Shown here piece by piece: positions 28,379 to 42,440 of a stretch of 64,000 nt of DNA. The position numbers were made by a program, and so were the translations under genes. Source of the stretch: the human T2T-CHM13v2.0 reference genome, Homo sapiens; NCBI RefSeq assembly GCF_009914755.1, contig NC_060927.1, one strand, 5' to 3'. Position 1 is the stretch's first letter, and the number at the start of each line of letters is the position of its first letter. A model generated the notes under the pieces. The model worked only from the letters and a program-made list of their open reading frames with translations, was not told the origin of the DNA and did not search any database.

Positions 28379-28790
28379 TGTATATTACTAGATGCTATAG
28401 TAAAGTACCAAAAACTGAGAGGCTTAAATAATAGAAATTTATTGTCTCACACTTCTGGAAGCCAGAAGTCCAAAATCAATGTACTGGGAAAGTTGGTTTC
28501 TTCTGATGGCTGTGAGAGAAGGATCTGTTTCTGGCATCTCTCTTTAGCTTGCAGAAGCCTGTCTTCATGTTCACATGGCATTTTCCCTTTATGCATGCCT
28601 CTTTCTAATTATCTTTTTAAAAATAAGGACACCAGTTGTGATATTAGGGCCAATCCACTGACCTCATCTAACCTTGATTATCTCTGTAAAGACTCTATCT
28701 CCAAATAAGGTCATATTCTAAGGTACTGGGGGTTAGGAATTTAACGTATAAATTCTGGTGTGGGAGAGGAAATATTTAGCCCATATAATA
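28379..28790 (-). mobile_element. MLT1B/C LTR
   Basis: ggcttaaataatagaaatttattgtctcacacttctggaagccagaagtccaaaatcaa...ctccaaataaggtcatattctaaggtactgggggttagg. Confidence 0.85.
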
Positions 28791-31290
28791 GGTTAACTCT
28801 ATGGTGGAATATCATATTTTCTTTATATATTTTCATAGTTTCTAAAGCTCAGTTTTATAATCAGAAAAAATAGGAAAACATGAGTTTAATAATACTCTAT
28901 AGGCTGAAGAAAACGACAACAATGAGATACTGGACTGATAGAAGAGTCTTGGGAAAATAACATTTGAGGCATAAGAGATGTCTATATCATGCAGGAAAAA
29001 TCATACTTGCTCAGCCTACGTAAGTAGAACCTCAGAGTAAAGGATTTTTACTGAAATAATGTCACACCCTTAAAAATAATGATCCCAACTCTCAACCTTT
29101 ACCATTTCCCACACAACTTCCCTTCCTATAATATTGATTTAGGATTCCAGCTCTACATACAAAACTACACCAAACACTCATCCATTCCAGTTTCAGCAAC
29201 CCAAACTAAGTGCATCCAACAAATTCTAAGGGACAGCCTCAAACTCTGTTTAGACTAAAACTGACAGGACCCACATCCATTCAGAATTATATCTTATTCT
29301 TTACTATGTTTTACTAGTCTGATAAGCCTATATTTTCACAGCACTTTTTCACTTTGGAGCTGTAGATTCATAATAACTACTCTGCAGGATTGTTGCAAAA
29401 ACAATATCAATTATCATTATTTCCATGTTTTATTCATCCTGTCAAATTCATTTTTATTCAGAACCTACAATGTGAACAAGACAATACAGGACATATTTGT
29501 TTATGAGGTTTTGAGTGAGGCAACCTGTGACGATAGTCAAGGCAGTGGCTCAAATGTTAGCGAAACTAAGTAAGTTTTACTCTATTCCATTTATACAAAC
29601 TCAATACCTCAATCCCCTTTTGACCATGTGGAATCTTAAGGAAACCAACAACATGACCCAAGAACATAAGATGCTCTGTCAGCTCACTTTATAAGCTCTA
29701 GGAAGAATTAAGCACACACACGTAAAGATACCAGATATATGAAGTTTCAACCAATATCAAGATCACTAAAAAGCATTTTGGATACATTTCAAAGGAAGTA
29801 ACAAGAATATGTTACCCATCAAAATCAAAACACTTAGCCATCACTAAAATTTCATAAGACAAATTGGAGCTGCCAAAATCTAGAAATTTCATTCACTTCA
29901 TGGATGAATATAGTGTTTGCATTCCTGCTTCACTTAACAAAAACAAAAATATAGATGGAAATTATAAACACAAAGTTAGACTCTTCTAAGAGCTTAATTG
30001 CTCAACATTATGATTTTCTAGATATTATCATATATTTTAACTGACATTAACAACAGTTTACTTCAAATTGTAATTCATAATACAAAGCAGCAATTATAGT
30101 TTTAGGTATCATGTATTAAATCATATCTTGACAAATGGCAGACTTGTTTATTTGTTTGCCATTATGAAAGATTATGTTTGCTTATTATTTTTTTTACAAA
30201 TATGAGAATAGGAGATACAATGTATATTCTTCATAGCAATGTGGTAATAAAGAGGTTGAGGTGTCTCCTATATAGATCTTCAATATTTATAAATTCAAAA
30301 AATGCTATTGTCTTCAGTCTGAAGTTGGCTGACATATTCATTTTGAATCAATATAATTTACTTTTCAATGAGGTTTAAGTGGCTACCATGTATAAAGCAC
30401 TGTTAAATATTCTGCATGACTTAAAAATACACAGTCAGTCTCCATTCTTCAATAAAATCATAATCTAAGACCATGAATAAGATACAGGGAATTTACGTGA
30501 CCAGATAATATAATTGGTATGCCATTGTTGCGAATAAATAAGAAGATTTAAATGATGGCGAGCACTTCTCCATACAGTGCGATTGAGAAAACCTTCACAC
30601 AGTCCTAGGTGACACTGATTTTCAATTCCTAACAAATGGAATATTTTTAGCCAATTCACAGGGGGAGCAAAGTACAAAAGTGTTTGAGAAAACACCAGAA
30701 TTATACTTGAACTAGAAGGAAAGGAGGCTAAAAATTAGGAAAACCAAAATCACGGGATAGGAAAATGAGAGAGAAAGTGAAAGGCCAAGGAATGGTCAAA
30801 GCAAAAGTAGACAAACACACACACACAAAATGTGTCTACCCTGAGCAATCTTTGTTCTAATATTTGGTATATTTGTGTCTTGGTTTTCAAGTGAAACTGG
30901 GGCTGGTCGGAAGAAATACTGTTGACAATTACTTATGCCTAATGTTTTTTGAAAAACAAGGAATCCACATGTAGATACACAAAACTTCTCCACAGGTATC
31001 TTCCTCAGAGGACACAGATTTCTGAAATTTAAAAAACTGTGATTGCTTTATTCTCTAATAAAAACATTCCATAACAAAACAACATTTTATTGGTCATCTT
31101 GGTGAAAATGAGTATACTAGTCATTTGTTTTTAGAAATGGGATTTTGATCTGTATGATAAACAAGAGATAATAATTGAAATAGCATAAGTTAAAACATCT
31201 GCTCACTTTTATTAGCTCTGATTTTAGAGGGAAAATCTTACATCTAATCTTCTAGACTTAAAATAAGATTTTCAGAATTTTAATTATGTC

Positions 31291-31304
31291 CTCTCTCTCT
31301 CTCT

Positions 31305-31384
<80 letters not shown>

Positions 31385-31390
31385 GAGAGA
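31291..31390. repeat. Compound microsatellite (CT)n(CA)n(GA)n
   Basis: Read directly. Confidence 0.95.
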
Positions 31391-31596
31391 AAGTACTTCT
31401 GTTGCCATTAATTTGTTTTAGAGATGAACGGGGCTTAAGAAATTTAACACAAATAAAGTAAGCAGTTAAGTTACAATGAAGGATACAAAATGTTCACACT
31501 TCTTTACTGTACTACATTTAAATCAATGTGACAAAGTCATTTTGTCTTTATGCAAACAATCAACTTGGTATTTTCGTATAGTAACAGAAAAAATGG

Positions 31597-32358
31597 GCTT
31601 TGCAGACGCCGCTGCCACCGGGAGCCCTCTACTATCAGCCATGGTCAACCCCACCGTGTTCCTCGACATCGCTGTCCACGGTGAGCCCTTGGGTGGTATC
31701 CCCTTCGAGCTGTTTGCAGACAAGATCCCAAAGACACCAGAAAACTTTCATGCTCTAAGCACTGGAGAAAAAGGATTTGGTTATAAGGGTTCCTGCTTTC
31801 ACAGAATTATTCCCGGGGTTATGTGTCAGCGTGGTGACTTCACAAGTCATAATGGCACTGGTGGCAAGTCCATCCAAGGGGAGAAATTTGATGACAAGAA
31901 CTTCATCCTAAAGCACGCAGGTCCTGGCATCTTGTCCATGGCAAATACTGGACCCAACACAAACAGTTTCCAGTGTTTCATCTGCACTGCCAAGGCTGAG
32001 TGGTTGGATGGCAAGCATGTGGTCTTTGGCAAGGTGAAAGAAGGCATAAATATTGTCGAGGCCATGGAGCGCTTTGGGTCCAGGAATGGCAAGACCAGCA
32101 AGAAGATCACCATTTCTGACTGTGGAAAACTCTAATACGTTTGACTTGTGTTTGATATTTTATCTTAACCACCAGACTATTCCTTCTGTAGCTCAGGAGA
32201 GCACCTCTCCACCCCATTTGCTCGCAGTATCCTGGAATCTTTGTGCTCTCGCTGCAGTTCCCTTTGGGTGCCATGTTTTCCTTGTTCCCTTCCATGTCTA
32301 GCTGGATTGCAAAGTTAAGTTTATGACTATGAAATAAAAACTAAATAACAATAAAAAA
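31597..32358 (+). pseudogene. PPIA: Processed pseudogene (retrocopy) of cyclophilin A; open frame 31641-32135 (164 aa)
   Basis: Intronless MVNPTVF...[11 protein letters not shown], about 23 substitutions versus recalled human PPIA (~86%). PPIA-type 5' UTR, 3' UTR, AATAAA at about 32333, A-tail remnant, and imperfect TSD aaaaaatgg / aaagaatgg. Confidence 0.96.
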
Positions 32359-32519
32359 GAATGGTAGAAATGATTGGTAATTGACTAGGGACTTTAGAAA
32401 AATGTTTAAACTCTGTAACATTTCGTTCTTTATCTTGCATTCTTATTAGATATCACTTCTACCAGATATCATTAACAGAATTAAGGATAAAAATCATATG
32501 ACCTTATATTCCTAATACT

Positions 32520-32650
32520 CTTTATACCAAATTAGTTACTTAGAAAGAGCTCTATGACCTTGGGAAGTTATGTAAGTTTTCTGAGCCTTGGTTTTCCTAT
32601 TTGCAAAGAAAAAGCAATACTATTTAAATGAGCCATTCCATGTATCATTG
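32520..32650 (+). mobile_element. MIR SINE fragment
   Basis: ctctatgaccttgggaagttatgtaagtttttctgagccttggttttcctatttgcaaa. Confidence 0.75.
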
Positions 32651-35600
32651 CATGATTCTGAATTTCCATATTTTATCTTCCTTCTATGAAAAATGACAAT
32701 CTCAGTTGCTCCTTTTAGTATCAGATTGTGCCATTTTATACATTATGATAATTAAAGTAATGATCAGGGACTAGATTTTCAAGTGCACATTTTGGTTTGA
32801 ATACATTTCTCAGTCCTCCCCTTCTGGCTTGGTAGGATGCACCAGCCCACTCATGCCAGCCACTGAGGTTAGGATGCATTCTGCCTGTGAAGATCCCAGA
32901 TTTTCACATCACATTGGCTTTATCAGCTTCCACAGCTGCTGGAGAGTGCAAGGTCCTAAGAGGCTCTAAGAGACACTTAGACACCTGTCAAACCAGGTGC
33001 ACTGGGGCAGCAACTGCCCACTAAACATCCAGGCTGGCATGCAGCCAACTCCTTCTCTACCCTAATAATTTTTTTTAAAGGCCAATGTGATCACATTTAA
33101 ATAACACAACGCTTTCCCAGAGAGAAATTTTTACAGGCACTGAAAAGAGAGAAAAGTGTGCTTTTTAAAAAATCTGAAGCAAAGTTAGGACAGAATCCAG
33201 AAATGAAGCTTACTCAGCCAGTTCTGAAATGTAACCTGCTTGTTAATCATTAATGAGATGTTAAATTTATGAAATCTTGAAGTGAAACACAAGACTAAGA
33301 TTTTGGCATCAGGTTTCATTTGAATCAACTTTCTGGAGAAAAAAAACAGCTCAGTAAGTTGAACTGCAGGCTGCGGGGGCTACCCCAGGGCATCAGCGTT
33401 GTGCTGTAAAATCACACTATATCATCAGCACACATGTGCACAAGGGAGAAAACACATTAGACTGTAAGATAATCGTCAAGCAGAGAAAATAAAATATGCC
33501 CTCAGGCGTCCCATTTGTAATTCCCTTGAATCCATGTTCACAAGGCTTTCTTTTCTATACAATTTGACAAGTTAATGCAAACCACTTTATGTAGTCACTA
33601 CAACGCCCCAAATCCCTGAAGTTTTGTAGGGATAATTTATGGTCAGCTAAAGCAAATGCCTTAGAGAAGTCAATAGAAATTGCTTCTATCACACAGTCTT
33701 CATCTATTGCATTGGAGATAGTGTGGGTACCAGATCCTGGGTGATTGGTTTGCTGTGAAGCCTGACAAGAAAGGAGTCAGCAAGTCCTTTGGCTGTAGAT
33801 AGTTTGAAATGTGTACGTGTACATTTTTTTTAACAGGTAGAGCCAAAATAGCTTTCTGCTGAATCAAACCTCTTAATTTCCTTTTTGTGGAGGTGAACTA
33901 TACTGACAATGTCTTCAGACTTGAATGAAGGGAAGACCTCAGAACGGAGATATTTTCTTTGCTATTACCAGAATTGGCAAGTGAAGAAATGCAGGCTCTT
34001 CACAGATACTGTATCACAATTTAGTATTCACCAGGAAATAATTCCAAATTTTCCAATGCATAAATGAATCTCTCTCAGTAAAAATCCACATTAATCCCTC
34101 TGAGTGCATTTATTTGTTTGAAGGCAAAGCCCTCACCACCATCACCAAAAGACATTGGTATAAATGATAATGACATTAAGAATCTGGTGTTTGTCAGTCT
34201 TACTGTTTTAAATCTTTACAGTTGAAATGGTTATAGTTAAGTATTTTAAAATAATTTTCACATATATGTATGTGTGAATAAGGTATATATATATATATAT
34301 ATTAGGAATTATCTCCATTCTCAGAAAAAAATCCAGATGTTTCCAGAGATTAATTTCCTAGTTTTTTATATATGTATATATTTCATATATATATTTTAAC
34401 TATATATTATTAAAGAGCAGGCAGATTACAAAATATTTCTCAAAGAACAATATAACATTTTTAAATTTTATTTTTTATTTGTTCGTTTTAATCTGAGTGT
34501 TTCTCTCTTTGACTCTGTAGTACCTCTGGTCTACCAGCACAGGAGAATTGAAAGTAGGGTGGCCTACCATTCAAGAAAGAGTACTGGCTAGGTTCTCTAA
34601 CTTATCCAAAACATATAACAATCTTGTCCTCTACACATCTATCATGTATAGATTCTATCATGTGTATTGGCTCTCAAATAAGGGGAAATATTTTTGTAAT
34701 AGTCAATGTTTGGTCATGAAAATAGAAGCTATTTTATTATTCCAAGTATGAAGGATTTCAATAGAAGAAACTAAAAGTTTTTCAAAACCATTGTATGGAT
34801 CGGAGAGTAAAGAAAGGGAAGCTCTCACCAATATTTCCAGCCTATGGCACTAAAGTAGATGGTTCTTAAAAATTCCTCCAGAAGTCACTGAAATCTCAAG
34901 AACTGCTGAGTGGCTTCCACTGACTATTTGAATCTGCAATACCAAGGAGAACAATTCTCCAGAAGTCACCATGAGCTATCTAAGCTATACAAAGCCTAAA
35001 GCAGGTGAGATGTAGGATGTTGTCAGCAAGCTGCTGTGAACTTCTTGTCTGTCATCTGCCCACACCCTTGGCTTCAAAGGCTTCTGAAGAATAATCCTCT
35101 TTTTTCTTCTACCTTCCAAATCTCAGTTTAGTTCATCTCATTGTCAGACTGTGACCTAAACCATGGGGCAAAGATAGATTGAAGAAATGCATATTCAGGC
35201 TTTCTTTCTGTAATAGAAGTTAATAGTGATTAATTTTATAATACACTAATCAGATGTGTGTTACAACTGAAAAATATCAGCAATGCAATTTTAAAAACTT
35301 TATTAAAACAAATCACATTTGTGTATGATTAATAAAATGTTAGGCAGTCACTTAAGTCATGGCTTTCATCTTTACAAGAAGAAAAAGCCGAACCAACCAA
35401 AAATATACTACTTTTCTTGGACTCTTCAGAGAAGTGAGGTCCCTGGGAAAATTACTCCTTCAAAATCTGAAAAGACAGGTGAATCTGAAGAATTACAGCT
35501 AGATTTGCTTATCTGGAGCAGAAGCTACGGAAGCCATAAGCCTGTAGGAACACATAAATGTTAATTCTGATGAGTAACTACAGGCAGAGTGAAGACTTGT

Positions 35601-35751
35601 ATGATGGGAGAAACACCTGAGGATGCGGTCTTGAGGGGCCCCACACTTCCATGAGGGCCTCACCATGTTGTCCAGTAAAGAGCTGGGAACGTTCCTTTCA
35701 TGAACCCGATTGGGGGCAAGGAAGAATAATCACTGTGAAATATACTAAGCA

Positions 35752-36180
<429 letters not shown>

Positions 36181-36626
36181 TTATAATCTAAAAACAAAAA
36201 AGACTTTACCAGAGCCTTTTCCCACTTGGCGGAAGGGCATAGTTTTCCCACTATAGTCCCTTCTAGCCTTCCTATTTCACCTAAGGAAGGAAAATAAAAG
36301 CTAAGACATGTTTGTGAAAGTTAAGAGTTCAGAGATACCTATCTCCTAAAACACTGAGATCAAATCACAAAATGGTGAAACGTGTCCCCTCCTCCGTGAT
36401 TTAGCACCACATCAACAGAGGATATATAACAAAGGATTATAGCTGAAAGAGTTGCAAGATCCAAACTCTTAGGAGGAGCAGCTAAGGAATTCCGAAGTCA
36501 ACAGGAGATACGAAAATAGGACACAAGAGGCATTTGAAACCCCCGGCACCTATAAATGCAGCAAACATTAAGCACAGCCTAAATTCTGATCAGATTAACA
36601 TAAAGTCTCATGTTAAAAGCCAATTA

Positions 36627-36942
36627 GGCCAGGCACACTGGCTCACATCTTTAGTCTCCACAACTAAGGAGACTGAGGCTGGGAGAACACTTGAGGCCAA
36701 GAGTTCCAGACCAGCCTGCAGCCTGGGCAACATAGTGAAACCCCCTCTCTAAAATAAATAAATAAATAAATAAATAAAAATAAAATTTGCCAGGCATGAT
36801 GGCATGTGTCTATAGTCAGGTACTTAGGAGACTGAGGCAGGAGGATCAATTGAGTCCAGGGATTTGAGGCTGTAGTGAGCTACAGTTGTGCCACTACACT
36901 CCAGCCTGGGATACTAAGTGAGACCCTGTCCCAAAGAAAAAA
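36627..36942 (+). mobile_element. Alu (AluJ-like) with (TAAA)n linker
   Basis: Alu body; TSD aaaagccaatt at 36615-36625 and 36943-36953. Confidence 0.94.
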
Positions 36943-39900
36943 AAAAGCCAATTTATCTCAATTTCTCTTACTTGATACATTATGCCCGGCCTTCATCAAA
37001 AATATTAAAAGACATGCTAAAAGGCAAAAAATAAAATAGTTTGAAAAGACAAAGATAGCATCAGAATCAAACTCAGCAGTAACACAATTTTGGAATTATG
37101 AGAGAATTTAAGACAACTATGATTAATATGTAAGACCTCTAATGGAAATGAAAGCAATGTGAAGAAACAGAAGGGTAATGTAAGGCTCATTGTAGACTGG
37201 TCATGCCACAAGAAAGAATCAGTGGTATTGAATATAGGTCAATAGAAGCTTCCCAAACTACAAAGAGAAGAAATGAAGGGAGGAAGAGAGAGAAAGAGAG
37301 AAAAAGAGATTTCAAGACTAGTAGGACGATTTCAAAGGTATAACATACATGTAGTTGGAATACCAGAAGGAGAAGAGAGAATGGAGAAGAATAAATAGTT
37401 AAAGTAATAATGACTGAAAAGTTTCCAAAATTAATAAAAGACACTAAAACATCTTGGTTGCTTCCAGTTTGGGACAATTATTAATAAAACTGCTATACAT
37501 TTTCACATTCTAGTTTTTGTGTGGATATCAGTTTCTACCATGTTCAGTTTTGTAAGAAATTGCCCAAATGTTTTCCAAAATGGTTGAAGATAATTGAGAT
37601 ATTTATATAACGTATAGTTATTTTGTTTTTATATTGTAAATCATCTGGAATTTTATTTACATATTCAGGGTGCGTACATATGCACAACTTTATTACAGAT
37701 TTTTAAATATCTGATTGATTCTTACTTTATTGTATCAACAATATTAAATAGTCTTCCTCACCTCCAACTTTCTCATTTTAAAATTTTGGTATGTGTAGAC
37801 ACAGTCCCAGGTGTGACTTATTTTGCCAGTACATTTGTTTTACAGATCAAAATGGAGTTTTAATCAGAATTTCCCCTTTTATATAAATAAGATGAAATGG
37901 TTTCTTCTACATTCTAAGTCTACTGTGTTTGCTTTTTCATTTCTTTTGAAATTTATGGAAGTTAACATACTATATTTTCCTTCCTTCAATCACCCTCCAG
38001 TTTCATAGATATTTTGGTAAACTCTATAGCGAATTTAATTCTGCAAGATGTCAAGAATTCTTTCAGGATAGCCCCAGTATCCATAATTTCTTCTCGACAA
38101 TTTACCCCAAATTTTACCACCTTTAACTTTCCCCTCACCACCTCAAGCATCTAGAAGTTTTCTCCATATATTAAAAAAAAAGAAGTGCCATATAGTTTTC
38201 TTATAGCAGGAAAGCTATAAGAAATACTATATCCTTCAGAAAAGCAGACAAGTAATTAGCTCATCCAATTTTATTCATAACAAGAAGATAAATAGTACGA
38301 ACATCAATTTTATTCCTCACTAAAGTTGTAGCTTAGAGAGATATAAATAATAATATGTTGTTTTTATATAGTAGACACCTATAGTATTTCCAGCTAAATA
38401 TCTTATGAAATGAACAGCAAAACATTATTAGGCTCATAAATAAATGTGCCGGAGAGAATGATAAATGAAACTGGGAAATGTACACCATTTACAATATCAA
38501 AGCAATGTGCCAGGTATTCATCGTTAAGACAATGTGGATTATGATAAAGTTGAACAACAAAATGTTTAAACAATCACTCAAAACAACTATAAGAGAGATG
38601 ACATTTGAAATGTACAGATGAAGATTGCTGTAAGAAAGTTATAGAAGGAAATTATCACTTCAGGCAAAGGTCATCAAGAGGCCGAGAATTTGAATTTGAG
38701 CTTATTCTTGTATAACATTGAATTTATACAGAAGCCAAAGTAAACAAGGAAGTAGAAATAAAGAAAAATGATGGCTATATACAAGATTTATTTACAAAAA
38801 ACAATACAATATGATAGATGTAGAAATGGAGTCAGATGACAAAAATCATATCGAAGTGGTAGAAGTAACTGGTTATAATAGCTTTAAACAAAGTCACCTA
38901 AGTAGATAAATGGCTATTAGGAAATTTAAAACAAAAAAAAATACAGAAGCAACCTGAAAAAGATTAAAAGCTTGACAATTATTAATAATTTTAAGAATTC
39001 CAAGCAAAATCTTCAATGAATTTTCTTATTTTTTATACAATCCTTGCAGTTTCAGTGGGACTGTGTTGCCCATAAGAAGCGGAGGCTACATCAATTATTC
39101 CTTAGCTAATATTCTCTATTGTTTCAGAAATTGATTTCTATAGAATTGCATTAATAATTCTATCAGTTCAGTAAGGAATCAACACTCTAACTCCAGTTTC
39201 ACCTAGAATAGTATTTCACTTTAATTAAAATACTAGAGCAGCAAGCAGATTTTATAGTTTCACACATCTGGCTATTTCAAAGCTAGATTGTTCTTTGCAT
39301 ATTGCTTTTGGACACTTTGAATAGCATGCTTTTCCAAAGGAAACTTGTTTTCTCAAGTTTCTGTAATTGGTATTTTGAATCACAGGATGTAGAACTCTCA
39401 AACCCAATATTGGAAATTCAGCTCTCTAAACCGGTATTGACTTTTGTTGTAATCCTACAGTGTAGAAAGCTTGCTGAAATTACCTCATGAGGACAGTACT
39501 TTGAGAATCTGAGCATAACTTTATTTTTCTTCATTTATTGTATTTTTCCAAAGAAATTATGCATTTAATTTAATATCTCAGCACCATTCACACATATTCA
39601 ACAATTTTCAACAGCATGCATGTAGACAAGAAAAGAATAAAAATATATTGACTTTTGGATATGCATTGCTTTTTACTAGTTTAAAGAAGTAAATTATCAG
39701 TTCAAATTAATATGTACAATTGCTTAGAACACAATATAGTGTATACCATAAGTCATCACAATGGGCTGTGTCTCATATTATATTAAAAAAAAGTTTACCT
39801 TTAAATCACTCTATATTTTAAAATATTACCAATTACATTAAATTGAAAATACACAATGAGATTGATTGTAGGGGATGTTCAACATTAGTAACTAATGTTT

Positions 39901-40785
39901 GAATAGTGTTTGTTTTTACATACAATTTTCAAAGTATTTCCCACATCAGAAAATTCGCAACAAGTTCTTCAGCTGTTTTGTGTACAGGTGATATCTCCAT
40001 CTTAAACAATATTACTGAAGAAAGACACTATTTTTATAGTCCTGATTCTCTACTACCATCAAAATTACAGACTTTAAAATACCATAGAGATATATATCTT
40101 TTAAATCCAGAGTTGCTCAGACCATTTATTTTGATAGATTATTTTATCTTTTCTTATAAGCAGCAAAGTTCAAATCTACTCGGGTTTATCTGAATAGAAT
40201 CAAGGCATCTGGACCTCAACGGCCCTGGAAATACCACAAAAAGTAAATTTTACAGCATATACATGAAAAGATAGAACTATTGTCTAGGGGTTTCTTTAAA
40301 GTAGAAAACATCATGTTCTTTGTTAGCATCAGATACTACCGTAAGTGTGTCAAATAGTCATTATATGTTTTGTGATTTATCTATATTTTTATTCATGGCC
40401 TCAAAATATAACTCCTTAATTTCTAGTGAAGGCAGAAAGGCCTGAATAGGAATATAAGCCAGACAAAAAAGAAAACAACAACAAAAAACACTAATCATTC
40501 TCTGCATGCACCTGTATTAAATCTCCTGAATATAGTGAAGCAAATAATCGTAATACATTATAATAAATAAGCAATCCATCACCTGTTTGTTATTATTTAT
40601 AAAATGCTAAAAATTAAATCACTGTCAGCAGAAACATTAGTGAAATTTTATAAAGGCAAAAACCATTTCAGAACTCTCATGTATTTTTGGTTGGAGTGTA
40701 GAATGGCATAATTACATTGCAAGATAGTTTGACAGGTTTTTATAAGGCTAAACAAACACCTGATTGAATAATATATTTAAAATGA

Positions 40786-41327
<542 letters not shown>

Positions 41328-41499
41328 AGATTTTGGTTTCTAACAACTATTTTCCAATAAATAGTTTAGGAGAGCTGGTTGATTTCAAGTTTGGAATATC
41401 TCATAGGACCAGAAAATAAGAAGAGTTCAAAAAGAAAGAAAGAGATAAAGGAGGAAGGGAGGAAGAAAGAAAAAAAAAGAAAGAGGAATAAAAAACAAC

Positions 41500-42440
41500 C
41501 TGAAATATTTCATGGTAAAAGTTTGAATTTAAGCAAGAAAATAAATATCATTTCAAATATAACCCAAATAATTTAAGATTGACTCCATGTTGAAATAAAT
41601 AAACAACTTAATAGACAAATAAGTGGGCTATATGTGGCAGCTCTTTCCTACAGAAGAATTCCAATTTATAAATATAAAAGGAACAGGGGAAATAAAAAAT
41701 ATTTATTAGACTATCACTGTAATAATTGTCATAGGCACTATAAAGTGGTAAATTCTAAAACAACATAACAAAAATGTAAGATATTTGCATAGCCCAAATA
41801 TAATAGAAACCAGATATTTGCATAGTCCTAAATTCTCTCTTCAAAATATTTACTAATTCCAAAGGGAAAATTTGTGTTTATAGCTAAGAATTCTGGAGGA
41901 GACCATCCTAGCCAAAGAATCAAGAATAACATCGTTGGGATAAAGAGATTCCAACATCATATGCCTTCTTATGTGATACACTGAGAAAAGCATCTCACCT
42001 CTGTAATATCCTTCCCAATAATGAATAACTTCCATCTAAATGCAGTAAATCATAAAACAAGCACAAATTGAAGAGCATTCTACGTAATAACAGACCAGTA
42101 CTCTTCAAAAATATCAAGGTCTTGAAAGACAGGGAAAAGCTAAGGAACTGCCAAAGATCACAAAAGACTAATGAGACATGACAACTAAATGCAGGAATCA
42201 GACAGAATTGGATCCCGGAACAGAACAGAGATATTAGAAGAACTGATAAAATCTGAATAAATTTTGTACTTCAGTTAATAGTATTGTTCCAAGGCTAATT
42301 TCCTAGTTTTGATAAATTTTCTATGGTTATGTTAAGAAGTTGACATAAGGACAAGCTGGGTAAGAACATAAGAAAATTCTCTATATTATTTTTGCAACTC
42401 TTCTGAAAGACTAAAATTACCTCCAAGTATTTATTGTTTA
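41500..42440 (+). mobile_element. L1MC-type 3' UTR
   Basis: gagcattctacgtaataacagaccagtactcttcaaaa...tttttgcaactcttctgaaagactaaaatta. Confidence 0.8.

Noticed and set aside
33837-33976. Possible plus-strand exon (ttttttttaacag acceptor, gcaagt GC donor)
   Set aside because: No convincing open frame, a non-canonical donor, and no partner exons identifiable without transcript data.
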